This document shows, one piece after another, positions 33,851-44,015 of a stretch of 64,000 bases of DNA (within the stretch, counting starts at the first letter, position 1; the number at the start of each line of letters is the position of its first letter). This DNA comes from Acidobacteriota bacterium (GTDB taxonomy: Bacteria; Acidobacteriota; Vicinamibacteria; Vicinamibacterales; UBA2999). The notes below the pieces were generated by a model. It did no database searches, was not told where the DNA came from, and was given only the letters and a program-made list of their open reading frames with translations. Where the stretch lies: NCBI GenBank assembly GCA_030650395.1, contig JAUSDY010000128.1, forward strand, positions 13 to 64,012, in the 5' to 3' direction. The position numbers and the translations under genes were made by a program.

Positions 33851-35262
33851 ACCCGCGCGGGGTCGAAGTTCTCGATGCCCTTCTTGACGTCGGCCATGAA
33901 CTGATCGGCCACCGCGCCGTCAATCAGGCGATGGTCGTAGCCAAGCGTCAGGTAGCCCATCAACCGGATCCCGATCGCATCGTCCACCACGACCGGACGC
34001 TTCTCGATGGTGCCGACCCCGAGAATGGCGACCTGCGGCTGGTTGATGATCGGCATGCCGAACTGCGCGCCGAAGTTGCCCGGGTTGGTGATGGTGAAGG
34101 TGCCGCCGTGCACTTCTTCCGGATTGAGTTTTTTCGCGCGCGCGCGATCCGCGACGTCCTGGATCGCCTTTGACAAGCCGAGCAGGTTCTTCTCGCCCGC
34201 GGCCTTCACCACCGGCACGATCAAGCCGTTGTCGAGCGCCACGGCGATCCCGAGGTTGATGTCCTTCTTGTAGACGATGTTGTCGCCGTCGATCGAGGCG
34301 TTGACGATGCCGTGCACGCGCAACGCGTCGACCACGACTTTGGCGATGAGCGACGTGAAGGTCAGCTTCGCGCCGTTGCGCTCGAACTCGTCCTTCCTCG
34401 CCTGGCGAATCTGATCGATCCGGGAGTAGTTGACCTCGAACACCGAGTAGACATGCGCCGAGGTGCGGCGGCTCACGACCATATGGTCGGCGATCTTCTT
34501 GCGCATCACTGACATCGGAACGATGTCATCCTGAGCGAGGGATTTACTCGCGGAGCGAGTAGAGCCCGAGTCGAAGGACTCGCGGACGGCTGCAGGGGTC
34601 GAGGAGGTGTCGCTATCCAGGTAGCCAAGGATGTCCTGCTTGGTAACACGCCCGCCGATACCCGAGCCCGCGATCCGGCCGATGTCGACGTTGTGCTCCT
34701 TCGCAATGCGGCGCACCAGCGGGGAAGACTTTTGACGGTCGAACGCTGATTCGGCCCCGCCGTCGCGGCCGGAGGCCGCTACGGCGAGGTCTCGCCGTCG
34801 CTCGCCTGAATCTCCGCGAGCGGAGGCGGACTGAGGTGCCGGGTTGGTGGTCGGAGGCGACGCCGGCGCAGCAACCGAACCCCCGGGGGTGCCCGTTGCG
34901 TCAGCGCTCTCAGAGGTCTTGGTCGCACCCGCACTCTTGGCACCTTTGGCACCATTGGCACTCGTTGCACTCTCGGCACCCTTCGCACCCGAGGCACCCG
35001 AGGCACCTTCGGCGGGTGCTTCGCCCGCCGTTCCGATGGTGCCGACGACGCTGTTGACCGGGACGGTCTCGCCTTCCTTGACGGCAATGGCGATCAACAC
35101 GCCGGCTGCCGGCGCCGGAATCTCCGCATCCACCTTGTCGGTCGAGATCTCGAACAGCGGCTCGTCGCGATCGACCGCGTCGCCCACCTTCTTGATCCAG
35201 CGAACGATGGTGCCTTCCGCAATCGACTCGCCCATCTGGGGCATCACTACTGGTGTGGACAT
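33847..35262 (-). CDS. 2-oxoacid dehydrogenase E2 component (dihydrolipoamide acyltransferase)
   Basis: Lipoyl domain (EISTDKVDAEIPAP), E3-binding domain (SSPLVRRIAKEHNVDIGRIAGSG..GRVTKQDI) and catalytic DHRLIDGA. The linkers carry repeats 34525-34579 and 34936-35013. Confidence 0.9.
   Translation of the reverse strand: MSTPVVMPQMGESIAEGTIVRWIKKVGDAVDRDEPLFEISTDKVDAEIPAPAAGVLIAIAVKEGETVPVNSVVGTIGTAGEAPAEGASGASGAKGAESATSANGAKGAKSAGATKTSESADATGTPGGSVAAPASPPTTNPAPQSASARGDSGERRRDLAVAASGRDGGAESAFDRQKSSPLVRRIAKEHNVDIGRIAGSGIGGRVTKQDILGYLDSDTSSTPAAVRESFDSGSTRSASKSLAQDDIVPMSVMRKKIADHMVVSRRTSAHVYSVFEVNYSRIDQIRQARKDEFERNGAKLTFTSLIAKVVVDALRVHGIVNASIDGDNIVYKKDINLGIAVALDNGLIVPVVKAAGEKNLLGLSKAIQDVADRARAKKLNPEEVHGGTFTITNPGNFGAQFGMPIINQPQVAILGVGTIEKRPVVVDDAIGIRLMGYLTLGYDHRLIDGAVADQFMADVKKGIENFDPARV
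34525..34579. repeat. Family C element (long form) in frame in the E2 gene
   Basis: Sequence gtcatcctgagcgagggatttactcgcggagcgagtagagcccgagtcgaaggac, which encodes ESFDSGSTRSASKSLAQDD. It is read in a different frame from the copies in lipB and the GT-C gene. Confidence 0.85.
34936..35013. repeat. 9-nt periodic array of YNNGGCACC words (about 8.5 copies) in the E2 linker
   Basis: Sequence cttggcacc tttggcacc attggcact cgttgcact ctcggcacc cttcgcacc cgaggcacc cgaggcacc. It encodes a GA(S/K/E)-type linker. Confidence 0.9.
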
Positions 35263-35280
35263 ATCCGTTCCCTAATTCAG

Positions 35281-35319
35281 CCGGAGCCCGGAGTCCGGCG
35301 CCCGGAGCCCGGAGCCCGC
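35281..35319. repeat. CCGGAGC heptamer array (about 5.5 copies), intergenic
   Basis: Read directly. Lies between the lpdA stop and the E2 gene start. The same word occurs in ygfZ (13884-13915). Confidence 0.9.
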
Positions 35320-36752
35320 TAAAGATGAATCGCAGCGCCGTGCGCGGCATGCGCCGCTTCACCCACCGCTTCCGACATGGTCGGGTGCGCGTGAATGGTC
35401 CGTACTAATTCTTCAACCGTCACTTCCATCCGCAGCGCCATCACCGCCTCGGCGACCAGCTCCGTGGCACGCGGACCGATGATGTGGACGCCGAGGATTT
35501 CGTCGTACTTTTTCTCGGCGACGATCTTCACGAACCCGTCAGTTTCGCCTGCCATCCGCGCGCGCGCCAGCGCCCTGAACGGGAACGTGCCGACGCGCAC
35601 GTCGTGGCCCTGCTCCTTGGCTTGCGCCTCGGTCAGGCCCACGCTGCCGATCTCGGGATCGCTATAGGTGCAGCGCGGCACGTGATCGTAGTTGATCGGC
35701 TGCACGGCGTGCCCGGCGATCCGCTCCGCGAGCACGATCCCTTCCATCGACGACACGTGCGCGAGCTGATAGTGGGGCCCGCCCATCGTGATCACGTCGC
35801 CGATGGCCGAAATGCCCGGCACGTTGGTCTGGAACATCGAATCCACGACCACGTAGCCGCGATCCAGCTCGAGGCCGACGGCTTCCGCCCCCAGGCCCTC
35901 CGTGACGGGGCCGCGTCCGGTCGCGACCAGCAGCAGGTCGTAGCTCGACTTCTGCGACTTATCCGCAGTCTCAACTTCAATGTCGACGCCCTTGGCGCCC
36001 GCCTTGGCTGAGGTCACCTTCGAACCCGTCAGGACCTTCATGCCGCGTTTCTTGAACGTCCGCTCGAGCTCGGCCGACACCGTCTCGTCTTCGCCCGGCA
36101 CCAGTCGGGGCAGCAGCTCGATCACGGTGACCTCGCTGCCATAGCTCTTGAAGATCGACGCGAACTCGACACCCACGGCGCCGCTCCCCATGATGGCGAT
36201 CGACTTGGGCACGTACGGCAGGTGAATCGCTTCGTCGCTGAAGATGATCTTCTTGCGATCGACCTCGATGCCCGGCACGCTGCGCGGCGTGGAGCCGGTG
36301 GCGACGATGATCTCTTTGGCGGCCGAGACCGCCTGCGTCGATCCGCCCTCGAGCGTGACCTCGACGCTGTGTTTACCGGGCTGCTTGCCGGTCAGGCGCG
36401 CGCTGCCTTTGATCCAGTCGATGTTGTTTTTCTTGAAGAGCATCTCGATGCCGCCGGTGAGGCCCGACACCATCTTGTCCTTGCGCGCGTGCACCGCCGG
36501 CATGTCAATCGAGACTGCCGCCCCGTCGATGCCGGTCAGCCCCCACTCTTTCGCGGCCTGTGCCACCTTGAGCGCGTGCGCGTGTTCGAGCAAGGCTTTC
36601 GTCGGGATGCAGCCCCAGATGAGGCAGGTGCCGCCAAGCGCCTTCTGGCGCTCGACCACTGCGACCTTCAATCCCAGTTGCGCGGCCCGGATCGCGGCTA
36701 CATACCCGCCTGTGCCGGCGCCAATGACGACGATGTCGTACGCGTTCGCCAA
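35319..36752 (-). CDS. lpdA: Dihydrolipoyl dehydrogenase (E3)
   Basis: YDIVVIGAGTGGYVAAIRAAQLG and the redox disulfide GGTCLIWGCIPTK. The C-terminal HAHPT motif is present. TTG start. Confidence 0.95.
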   Translation of the reverse strand: MANAYDIVVIGAGTGGYVAAIRAAQLGLKVAVVERQKALGGTCLIWGCIPTKALLEHAHALKVAQAAKEWGLTGIDGAAVSIDMPAVHARKDKMVSGLTGGIEMLFKKNNIDWIKGSARLTGKQPGKHSVEVTLEGGSTQAVSAAKEIIVATGSTPRSVPGIEVDRKKIIFSDEAIHLPYVPKSIAIMGSGAVGVEFASIFKSYGSEVTVIELLPRLVPGEDETVSAELERTFKKRGMKVLTGSKVTSAKAGAKGVDIEVETADKSQKSSYDLLLVATGRGPVTEGLGAEAVGLELDRGYVVVDSMFQTNVPGISAIGDVITMGGPHYQLAHVSSMEGIVLAERIAGHAVQPINYDHVPRCTYSDPEIGSVGLTEAQAKEQGHDVRVGTFPFRALARARMAGETDGFVKIVAEKKYDEILGVHIIGPRATELVAEAVMALRMEVTVEELVRTIHAHPTMSEAVGEAAHAAHGAAIHL

Positions 36753-36770
36753 CCGCTCGCTCCCTTGCCA

Positions 36771-36790
36771 GGCGGGTCTGAAGACCCGCC
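36771..36790. repeat. Short hairpin GGCGGGTC-TGAA-GACCCGCC
   Basis: Perfect 8-bp stem with a TGAA loop (complement TTCA). Lies just upstream of lpdA. Confidence 0.9.
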
Positions 36791-36848
36791 TCTACATCGC
36801 GAAACTAACCCCTCAATGTCGCTCGGAACAGAACGGAAGGTCAAGTTT

Positions 36849-37073
36849 TCAGCGCTTGAGCTGCGAAAGCGGAACGAATGTCTGCTGGGGGTCCGGCGCG
36901 GCCGCCTTTGGCGGATCCACCTTGGCCTTGAGCTCGCCATGATCGAACTTGAGCTGCCAGTACATCTCGGTGATCTGCGCCAGTTGCCGGGCGGTTCGCC
37001 GCGAGAGTGCGAACGCCACGACCGCGACCAGCAGCGACGAAATGGCGAGAATCCACAGCCCTGTGTTGTCCAC
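36849..37073 (-). CDS. Small single-pass membrane protein (hypothetical)
   Basis: WILAISSLLVAVVAFAL is a TM segment. The GTG at 37073 was chosen because the longer ORF-track N-terminus is encoded by the heptamer array 37085-37146. Confidence 0.35.
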   Translation of the reverse strand: MDNTGLWILAISSLLVAVVAFALSRRTARQLAQITEMYWQLKFDHGELKAKVDPPKAAAPDPQQTFVPLSQLKR

Positions 37074-37084
37074 TTGTGTCTCTT

Positions 37085-37146
37085 CCAACTCTAAACTCAA
37101 AACTGAACTCAAAACTGAAACTTTCAACTTCGAACTTTCAACTTTG
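37085..37146. repeat. AT-rich heptamer word array (AACTCWA / AACTTTC types)
   Basis: Sequence ccaactctaaactcaaaactgaactcaaaactgaaactttcaacttcgaactttcaactttg. Lies in the divergent region upstream of the NtrC-type regulator gene. Confidence 0.85.
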
Positions 37147-37167
37147 CGGACGTTATACTCCATCCGC

Positions 37168-38550
<1,383 letters not shown>

Positions 38551-38574
38551 ATCCTCGCCAGTCCGGGAAGACCG

Positions 38575-38862
38575 CTAGACGACTTTCTTGGGCAGGACCG
38601 CGTCTTTCAGCTGCTTCACGATGCGCGCTTTGACGACGGTCTTGGCGGGGATCTCGATCGGCTGCTTCGTCGCGGGATTGCGGCCCGTGCGCGCCTTGCG
38701 GTGCTGCACCACGAGCTTGACCATCCCGGGAATGACGAACTCGCCCGTACGCTTCAGCTCCTTCTCACACAGGATCGCCAGCTCGTCGAAGAACTCGCGT
38801 GACTGCGTGCGCTTGACGTCGAACCGTTCGGCGAAGTGTGAAAAGAGCTCCGACTTGCCCAT
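38575..38862 (-). CDS. HU/IHF-family DNA-binding protein
   Basis: MGKSELFSHFAERF...GMVKLVVQHRKARTGRNPATKQPIEIPAKTVVKARI. The RNP.T motif of the beta-arm is present. Confidence 0.85.
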   Translation of the reverse strand: MGKSELFSHFAERFDVKRTQSREFFDELAILCEKELKRTGEFVIPGMVKLVVQHRKARTGRNPATKQPIEIPAKTVVKARIVKQLKDAVLPKKVV

Positions 38863-38965
38863 CCTCCGGGCTTCGTCCATCGTGTCCCCCAAGGTCTAAG
38901 GTTTGCGGAGCGTATGCTAACCCCGCCGCTTGGGGCTGTCAATCGCCCTCAAGGCAGAATCCCTC

Positions 38966-39042
38966 AAGGCAGAAGGCAAAAGGCAAAAGGCAGAAAATGG
39001 TCGCGTCATTGTTTTTGCCTTCTGCCTTGTGCCTTCTGCCTT
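38966..39042. repeat. Long hairpin built from AAGGCAGA words, in the divergent HU/queF promoter region
   Basis: The arms are aaggcagaaggcaaaaggcaaaaggcagaaaa and tttttgccttctgccttgtgccttctgcctt. It ends 15 nt before the queF ATG. Confidence 0.85.
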
Positions 39043-39056
39043 TAGACTCGATTTCA

Positions 39057-39407
39057 ATGCCCACCGTGCCGATCGAGACGTTTCCGAACCCGCGCCCCGA
39101 GCGCGAGTACGAGATCGCGATCGAGTGCCCCGAGTTCACCTCGATGTGTCCCAAGACGGGACTCCCCGACTTTGGCGTCATCCGCATCCGTTACACGCCG
39201 GCGGCGCGATGCCTCGAGCTCAAGGCCCTCAAATACTATCTGCTCGAGTTCCGGAACAAGGGAATTTTCTACGAGGCGGCCACCAACCAGATTCTCGATG
39301 ATTTGGTCGCCGCATGCGAGCCCCGGCGCATGACGGTGACCGGGGATTTCACCGCCCGCGGCGGCATCACCACCAAAGTCACCGCGGAATACCCAGTTGA
39401 AAGTTGA
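39057..39407 (+). CDS. queF: NADPH-dependent 7-cyano-7-deazaguanine reductase QueF (unimodular type)
   Basis: Catalytic-Cys context EFTSMCPKTGLPDF and the QueF motif ELKALKYYLLEF. 116 aa from the ATG at 39057. Confidence 0.9.
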   Translation: MPTVPIETFPNPRPEREYEIAIECPEFTSMCPKTGLPDFGVIRIRYTPAARCLELKALKYYLLEFRNKGIFYEAATNQILDDLVAACEPRRMTVTGDFTARGGITTKVTAEYPVES

Positions 39408-39420
39408 AAGTTGAAAGTTA
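39394..39420. repeat. AGTTGAA heptamer array (about 4 copies)
   Basis: It contains the queF stop codon and the TTG start of the Smr ORF. It is the inverted partner of 39716-39743. Confidence 0.9.
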
Positions 39421-39686
39421 GGCAGGACGACGGCCCGGTCCGGGTTCCGATCGAAGACGCGATCGACCTTCATAGCTTCGCGCCGCGCGATGTGATCGCC
39501 GTGGTCGACGACTATCTCGAGGCCGCGCGCGACGCCGGATTCATCGAGGTTCGGCTCATTCACGGCCGCGGCACCGGCGCGCAGCGCGCCGCGATCCAGC
39601 GCCGGCTTCGCGATCACCCGCTGGTCGAACGTTATTGGGATGCGCCGGAGTCTCACCTTGGGGCAACAGTCGTAAGGCTGAAGTGA
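39411..39686 (+). CDS. Smr-domain protein
   Basis: IDLHSFAPRDVIAVVDDYLEAARDAGFIEVRLIHGRGTG is the Smr signature (LH.....HG.G). The TTG start lies inside a repeat, so the start is uncertain. Confidence 0.7.
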   Translation: MKVRQDDGPVRVPIEDAIDLHSFAPRDVIAVVDDYLEAARDAGFIEVRLIHGRGTGAQRAAIQRRLRDHPLVERYWDAPESHLGATVVRLK

Positions 39687-39715
39687 GAAGTCAGAAGTGA
39701 GAGTCGGAAACCTTC

Positions 39716-39743
39716 CAACTTTCAACTCTCAACTTTCAACTTC
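39716..39743. repeat. AACTTTC heptamer array (4 copies)
   Basis: Sequence aactttc aactctc aactttc aacttcc, the reverse complement of the array at 39394-39420. Confidence 0.9.
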
Positions 39744-40544
39744 CTAGAGGTGATGCCGGGCGGCTGAATCAATCGGGTCGTCGTCGGACGCCGGCGTGGC
39801 GGCGCGATGCGTCCCCGAGGTGTGCTTCGGGCCGGCCAGCGTGCGCGCGATGGCGTCGAGCTGCGCGTGCAGCTCGGAGCTCTTGAGCGTCGACACCGGC
39901 ACGCCGGAGTTCACCGCCGAGGCCACCGTGCGGTAATCGCTGCCGACGCAGTAGTCGATGTTGAGCCCCAGCACCTTTTCGATCTGCGCCGTCGACAGCA
40001 CGCCGAACTCCGAGGCGCGGTTCAGCACGATCTTCAGCCGCTCGCCGACCACTCCCGCCAGCTTGATCGCATCGATCAACCGCTGCAGGTTCCGGAGGCA
40101 GGGCACATCGGGGTTGGCTACCAACATCACCCGATCCGACAGCTGCAGCGCCGTCGCCGTGCACGCGGTCAATGTGTTGCCGGCGTCGATAATCACGTAG
40201 TCATACAGCGCGTTGAGGCACTTCAGCATTTGCTCGATGCCCTCGACGTCCTTGGCTGCGGGGCGGCCGTACTCGTCGCCGGCCGCCAGCACGTGCAAGC
40301 CACAGTCGTGCTCGCCGATGTACCTCGACACGGCGGCCGGATCCATCCACGACAACTGGTCGATGACGCTCAGCACCGTGTGACGGGTCCGCAGGCCCAG
40401 GAACAACGCCACGTCCCCGGGGCCGATCTTGAGGTCGACGACGATGGTGGGGCGATGGGTGATGCGCCGGATGTCCGCCGCACTATTGACCGCGAGCATG
40501 GTGGTGCCGGTGCCGCCCTTGGTGCCGAGAAAGCTCACGATCAT
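39744..40544 (-). CDS. ParA/MinD-superfamily ATPase, CpaE/TadZ-like
   Basis: Deviant Walker A GTKGGTGTTMLAVN and IIDAGN. No other tad/cpa genes are nearby. The start is taken at Met97 of the ORF-track protein, because the longer form would overlap the divergent small gene. Confidence 0.55.
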   Translation of the reverse strand: MIVSFLGTKGGTGTTMLAVNSAADIRRITHRPTIVVDLKIGPGDVALFLGLRTRHTVLSVIDQLSWMDPAAVSRYIGEHDCGLHVLAAGDEYGRPAAKDVEGIEQMLKCLNALYDYVIIDAGNTLTACTATALQLSDRVMLVANPDVPCLRNLQRLIDAIKLAGVVGERLKIVLNRASEFGVLSTAQIEKVLGLNIDYCVGSDYRTVASAVNSGVPVSTLKSSELHAQLDAIARTLAGPKHTSGTHRAATPASDDDPIDSAARHHL

Positions 40545-40824
40545 GTTTTCGCTGAAGGCAACTCGTGTGCCAGCACGAGAAAAGATGCGCGCCCCACTGT
40601 TAGCGGGCAATCTGCGGAAGAGACGGAGCCGCGCGACTTGCACATCTGTAACCGCGGCCACGCGATTGGTGGGCGGCCGGTCGATCGCCGGCGGCGGCAC
40701 GGATGAGTCGCACCCGCTAAGTTGATGTAGCGGGCCGGGTTCCGCCGGTTGCCGGACGCGGGTCTGCCGCGGCATGTCACTTGCTGTAGGAGTCGGTGCG
40801 CCCCTAGAGCAATCCTGGAAACTT

Positions 40825-41034
40825 ATGGCCACATCACCGCTGCGATCACCCGAGCGTCCCGCCCACGATGAGTGGGGTGTTTACGACCCGGAGCAGGCCG
40901 GCTTGTCCGCGCTGTTTGCGAGACTCGATTCGAAAGCCGCGACGAAAGCGGCGGCGGAAACGGCGGCGGAAACGGCGGCGGATAAGCTCACCGCTAAAGG
41001 ACCCTCGCGCCAGGACCTGCGCGACTCACAGTAG
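40825..41034 (+). CDS. Small hypothetical protein (69 aa)
   Basis: The ORF is followed 25 nt downstream by a canonical terminator. It contains an AAETAAETAA 12-nt tandem repeat. Confidence 0.45.
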   Translation: MATSPLRSPERPAHDEWGVYDPEQAGLSALFARLDSKAATKAAAETAAETAADKLTAKGPSRQDLRDSQ

Positions 41035-41059
41035 TTCCTTCCTCGTCCCGTTCCTCCTC

Positions 41060-41093
41060 GAGGGCGCCTCATGACGGCGCCCTCATTTTTTTT
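41060..41093 (+). terminator. Canonical Rho-independent terminator
   Basis: GAGGGCGCC-TCATGAC-GGCGCCCTC followed by ATTTTTTTT. Confidence 0.85.
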
Positions 41094-41157
41094 CGCCAAC
41101 CCTGGTTGATCTGTTGCCGTCAGATAGGCATGTCTGCCGGCGACGCGACATCAACGG

Positions 41158-41230
41158 AGCCACAGATGACGCAGATAACACAGATCTAAAAAGAATAATT
41201 CGATCTGCGTCATCTGCGTAATCTGTGGCT
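41158..41230. repeat. Long hairpin built from CAGATNA words
   Basis: The arms are agccacagatgacgcagataacacagatc and gatctgcgtcatctgcgtaatctgtggct, separated by an AT-rich loop. Lies upstream of the M14 peptidase gene. Confidence 0.85.
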
Positions 41231-41289
41231 TCGAACTATCTGCGGCTCTGATGTGTGTCCTGCGGCCCCTGCGCGATAAGATCCCGGTC

Positions 41290-43920
41290 ATGAAATCGCG
41301 GCCCATCGCGGTGGTCGTCGCGCTGCTCCTGTCGGCGGCGCTGGGTGCGCAGGCGCCCGCCATAACATCCAGCGTCCAGAGCCCGGAATCTTTCTTCGGC
41401 TTCCGCATGGGCGCCGACCGCGAGCTCGCCGACTGGCCGAGCCTGCAGAAGTACTTCGAGGACGTCGCTGCGGCGTCTGATCGTGTCGACATCGTTGATG
41501 CCGGGCCGTCGACGGGTGGACGGCGATTGATCGCGGCCGTCGTCACCGCTCCGGACAACGTCGCTCGTCTCGAAGAGATTCGCCTCAACAGCATGCGGCT
41601 GTCTGACCCGCGCACGCTGGACGAGGCCGGGGCGGCGGCGATCGTCGAGCGCCAGCCGGTGATCGTCGCCATCGGCATGAGCATTCATGCCACGGAAATC
41701 GCCGCGACCCAGGCGGCGCCGGAGCTGCTGCACACGCTCGCAACCTCGAACGATCCCGAGGTGCTCCGCACCTTGCGCGACGTCGTGCTGATCCTCTTTC
41801 CATCGCTCAATCCCGATGGGCACGTCATCACGGTGGATTGGTATCGCAAGTGGAAAGGATCCGAGTTCGAAGGCACCGGCATGCCGTGGCTGTACCACGA
41901 CTACGTCGGCCACGACATCAATCGCGACGCCTTCATGATGAACATGGCGGAGAACCGGACGCTGTCGGGGTTCTTCTACCGGCGCTGGCATCCGCAAGTG
42001 TTCCTGACGATGCACCAGATGGGGCCGCGCGGGGCGCGCTTCTTCGTGCCGCCGAACGTCGATCCGATCGATCGCAACTACGACCCGCTGATCTGGCGAA
42101 TCGCGGGCCTGCTCGGGCATGCGATGGCGCTGTCGCTCGAAGAGGATGGCCGCTCGGGCGTGCTGCAGAACGCGCTCTACGATTACTACTGGCCGGGCTA
42201 CGAAGACTCGGCGCCGCTCGGGCACAACACCGTGAGCCTGCTCACCGAGGCGGCCAGCGTGCGCGTGGCGTCGCCGATCACGGTCGCGCCCGAGCAGCTG
42301 CTTGGCGGGCGCGGCTTTCCCGATCACCAGCCCTCCACCACTTTTCCTCATCCCTGGCCCGGCGGCGACTGGCGCCTCCGCGACATCGTGAATTACGACT
42401 TGTCGGCCGCGCGCGGCCTGCTTGGCGCGGCGGCCCACTACCGCGGCGAGCTGCTCCGAGATTTTTTCAGGATGGGCCGGACCCAGGTCGCGCTTGGGTT
42501 GAAGGGCGGACCGTTCGCCTACATCATTCCGCCGGATCAGTTTGACGTGCACGCGGCTCGCAAACTGACGCAGTTGATGATCGATGGCGCCGTCGAGATC
42601 CAACGGACGCTCGAGCCGTTTCGCGTCGCCGAGACCGTCTACCCGCAGGGCACCGACATCATCCTGATGGCGCAGCCGTATCGCGCCTACGCCAAGACCT
42701 TGCTCGAGGTGCAGCACTACCCGGTTCGCCGTCCGGCCGGGGGCGGGGCGCCCGATCGGCCGTACGACGTCGCTGGTTGGACGCTGCCGCTGCAGATGAA
42801 CGTCAGGGTCGATCGCATCGATCAGTACTTCGAGCCGCCGGCCACCACGCGGCTCGAGCGCGCGTCGTTGCCGCCGGCACAGGTCTGGGGCGACACTCGC
42901 AAGCCCGCCTATTACGTCGTCGACGGGCGCGGCAACGGGCCGAGCATTGCGATCAATCGCCTGCAGAAGATCGGCGCACGAGTGTCGTGGACCACCGCGC
43001 CGCTCGCGCTGCAGGGCTTCACGTATCAGCCAGGCGCGATCGTGGTTGCAGAAGCGAAGGGCGCGCTCGAGACCGTCACGTCGATTGCACGCGACCTCGG
43101 GTTGCGCGCGACCGCCGCGGCCGGCCGCCTGCCGCAAGACACGCGACCGCTGGGGCGCGTCCGGGTCGGGCTTTACAAGCCGTGGGTCGAGAACATCGAC
43201 GAAGGCTGGACGCGCTGGCTGCTCGAACAGTACGAGTTTCCCTTCGAGACGATCGCGGATGCCGACATCCGGCGCGGCAGCCTGCGCGCCCGATTCGACG
43301 CCATCGTGATTCCCGATCAGGCCGCCGAGCGCGCGATCAACGGGCATCCCCACGGCACGATGCCACCCGCATACACCGGTGGACTCGGCATGGAGGGCGC
43401 CGACATGTTGCGCCAGTTTGTCGACGCGGGTGGAACGCTGGTGACGCTCGATTCCGCCAGCGATCTCGCGGTGAATCTTTTTGGCGCGCCGGTCAGGAAC
43501 GTGACGCGCAACCTGTCGCCAAGTGATTTTTTCTGCCCCGGATCGATCGTGCAGCTCGAGCTGGATGCGGATCCGCTGACGACCGGCGTGCCGCGTGTGA
43601 TTGCGGGATTCTTCAGCTTCAGCAGTGCGTTCGACCTCGTTCCACCGGCAAGCGCGGCTCCCGAATCGCCGACATCGGCAACCGCTCGCATCGTCGCGCG
43701 CTACGCAAAGAGCAACGTGCTGTTGAGCGGCTGGCTGGAAGGCGAGCAGGTCATCGCCGGCAAGGGCGCCATCGTGGAGCTCAAGTCCGGTCAGGGGCGC
43801 GCGATCCTGTTCGCATTCCGGCCTCAGCACCGCGGCCAGTCGCACGCCACGTTCAGGCTGTTTTTCAACGCACTGCACACCGCCCAGCAAGCAGTTCCTG
43901 CCACATCCCGCGGCCGCTGA
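41290..43920 (+). CDS. Secreted M14-family zinc carboxypeptidase-like protein with a large C-terminal extension
   Basis: Signal peptide MKSRPIAVVVALLLSAALGAQA. SIHATEIA (H-x-x-E) and FPSLNPDGH. The C-terminal roughly 500 aa are unassigned. Confidence 0.7.
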   Translation: MKSRPIAVVVALLLSAALGAQAPAITSSVQSPESFFGFRMGADRELADWPSLQKYFEDVAAASDRVDIVDAGPSTGGRRLIAAVVTAPDNVARLEEIRLNSMRLSDPRTLDEAGAAAIVERQPVIVAIGMSIHATEIAATQAAPELLHTLATSNDPEVLRTLRDVVLILFPSLNPDGHVITVDWYRKWKGSEFEGTGMPWLYHDYVGHDINRDAFMMNMAENRTLSGFFYRRWHPQVFLTMHQMGPRGARFFVPPNVDPIDRNYDPLIWRIAGLLGHAMALSLEEDGRSGVLQNALYDYYWPGYEDSAPLGHNTVSLLTEAASVRVASPITVAPEQLLGGRGFPDHQPSTTFPHPWPGGDWRLRDIVNYDLSAARGLLGAAAHYRGELLRDFFRMGRTQVALGLKGGPFAYIIPPDQFDVHAARKLTQLMIDGAVEIQRTLEPFRVAETVYPQGTDIILMAQPYRAYAKTLLEVQHYPVRRPAGGGAPDRPYDVAGWTLPLQMNVRVDRIDQYFEPPATTRLERASLPPAQVWGDTRKPAYYVVDGRGNGPSIAINRLQKIGARVSWTTAPLALQGFTYQPGAIVVAEAKGALETVTSIARDLGLRATAAAGRLPQDTRPLGRVRVGLYKPWVENIDEGWTRWLLEQYEFPFETIADADIRRGSLRARFDAIVIPDQAAERAINGHPHGTMPPAYTGGLGMEGADMLRQFVDAGGTLVTLDSASDLAVNLFGAPVRNVTRNLSPSDFFCPGSIVQLELDADPLTTGVPRVIAGFFSFSSAFDLVPPASAAPESPTSATARIVARYAKSNVLLSGWLEGEQVIAGKGAIVELKSGQGRAILFAFRPQHRGQSHATFRLFFNALHTAQQAVPATSRGR

Positions 43921-44015
43921 CGTTGCAGTAACTGCAACGCACTCCGGCCGGCCGTCGCGAAACGGCCGCGAATCCGACTCTACAAGACCGGCGGGCGGTT
44001 TGCACCACTCCAGTC

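Noticed and set aside
33122-36752. The lipB/E2/lpdA cluster without an adjacent E1 gene as an anomaly
   Set aside because: E1 components are often encoded elsewhere. The E2 and E3 genes look intact, so this is ordinary operon variability.
38966-39056. A preQ1 riboswitch upstream of queF
   Set aside because: The structure is a long, near-perfect word hairpin. It lacks the small pseudoknot and the conserved loop sequences of preQ1-I/II/III riboswitches as I recall them.
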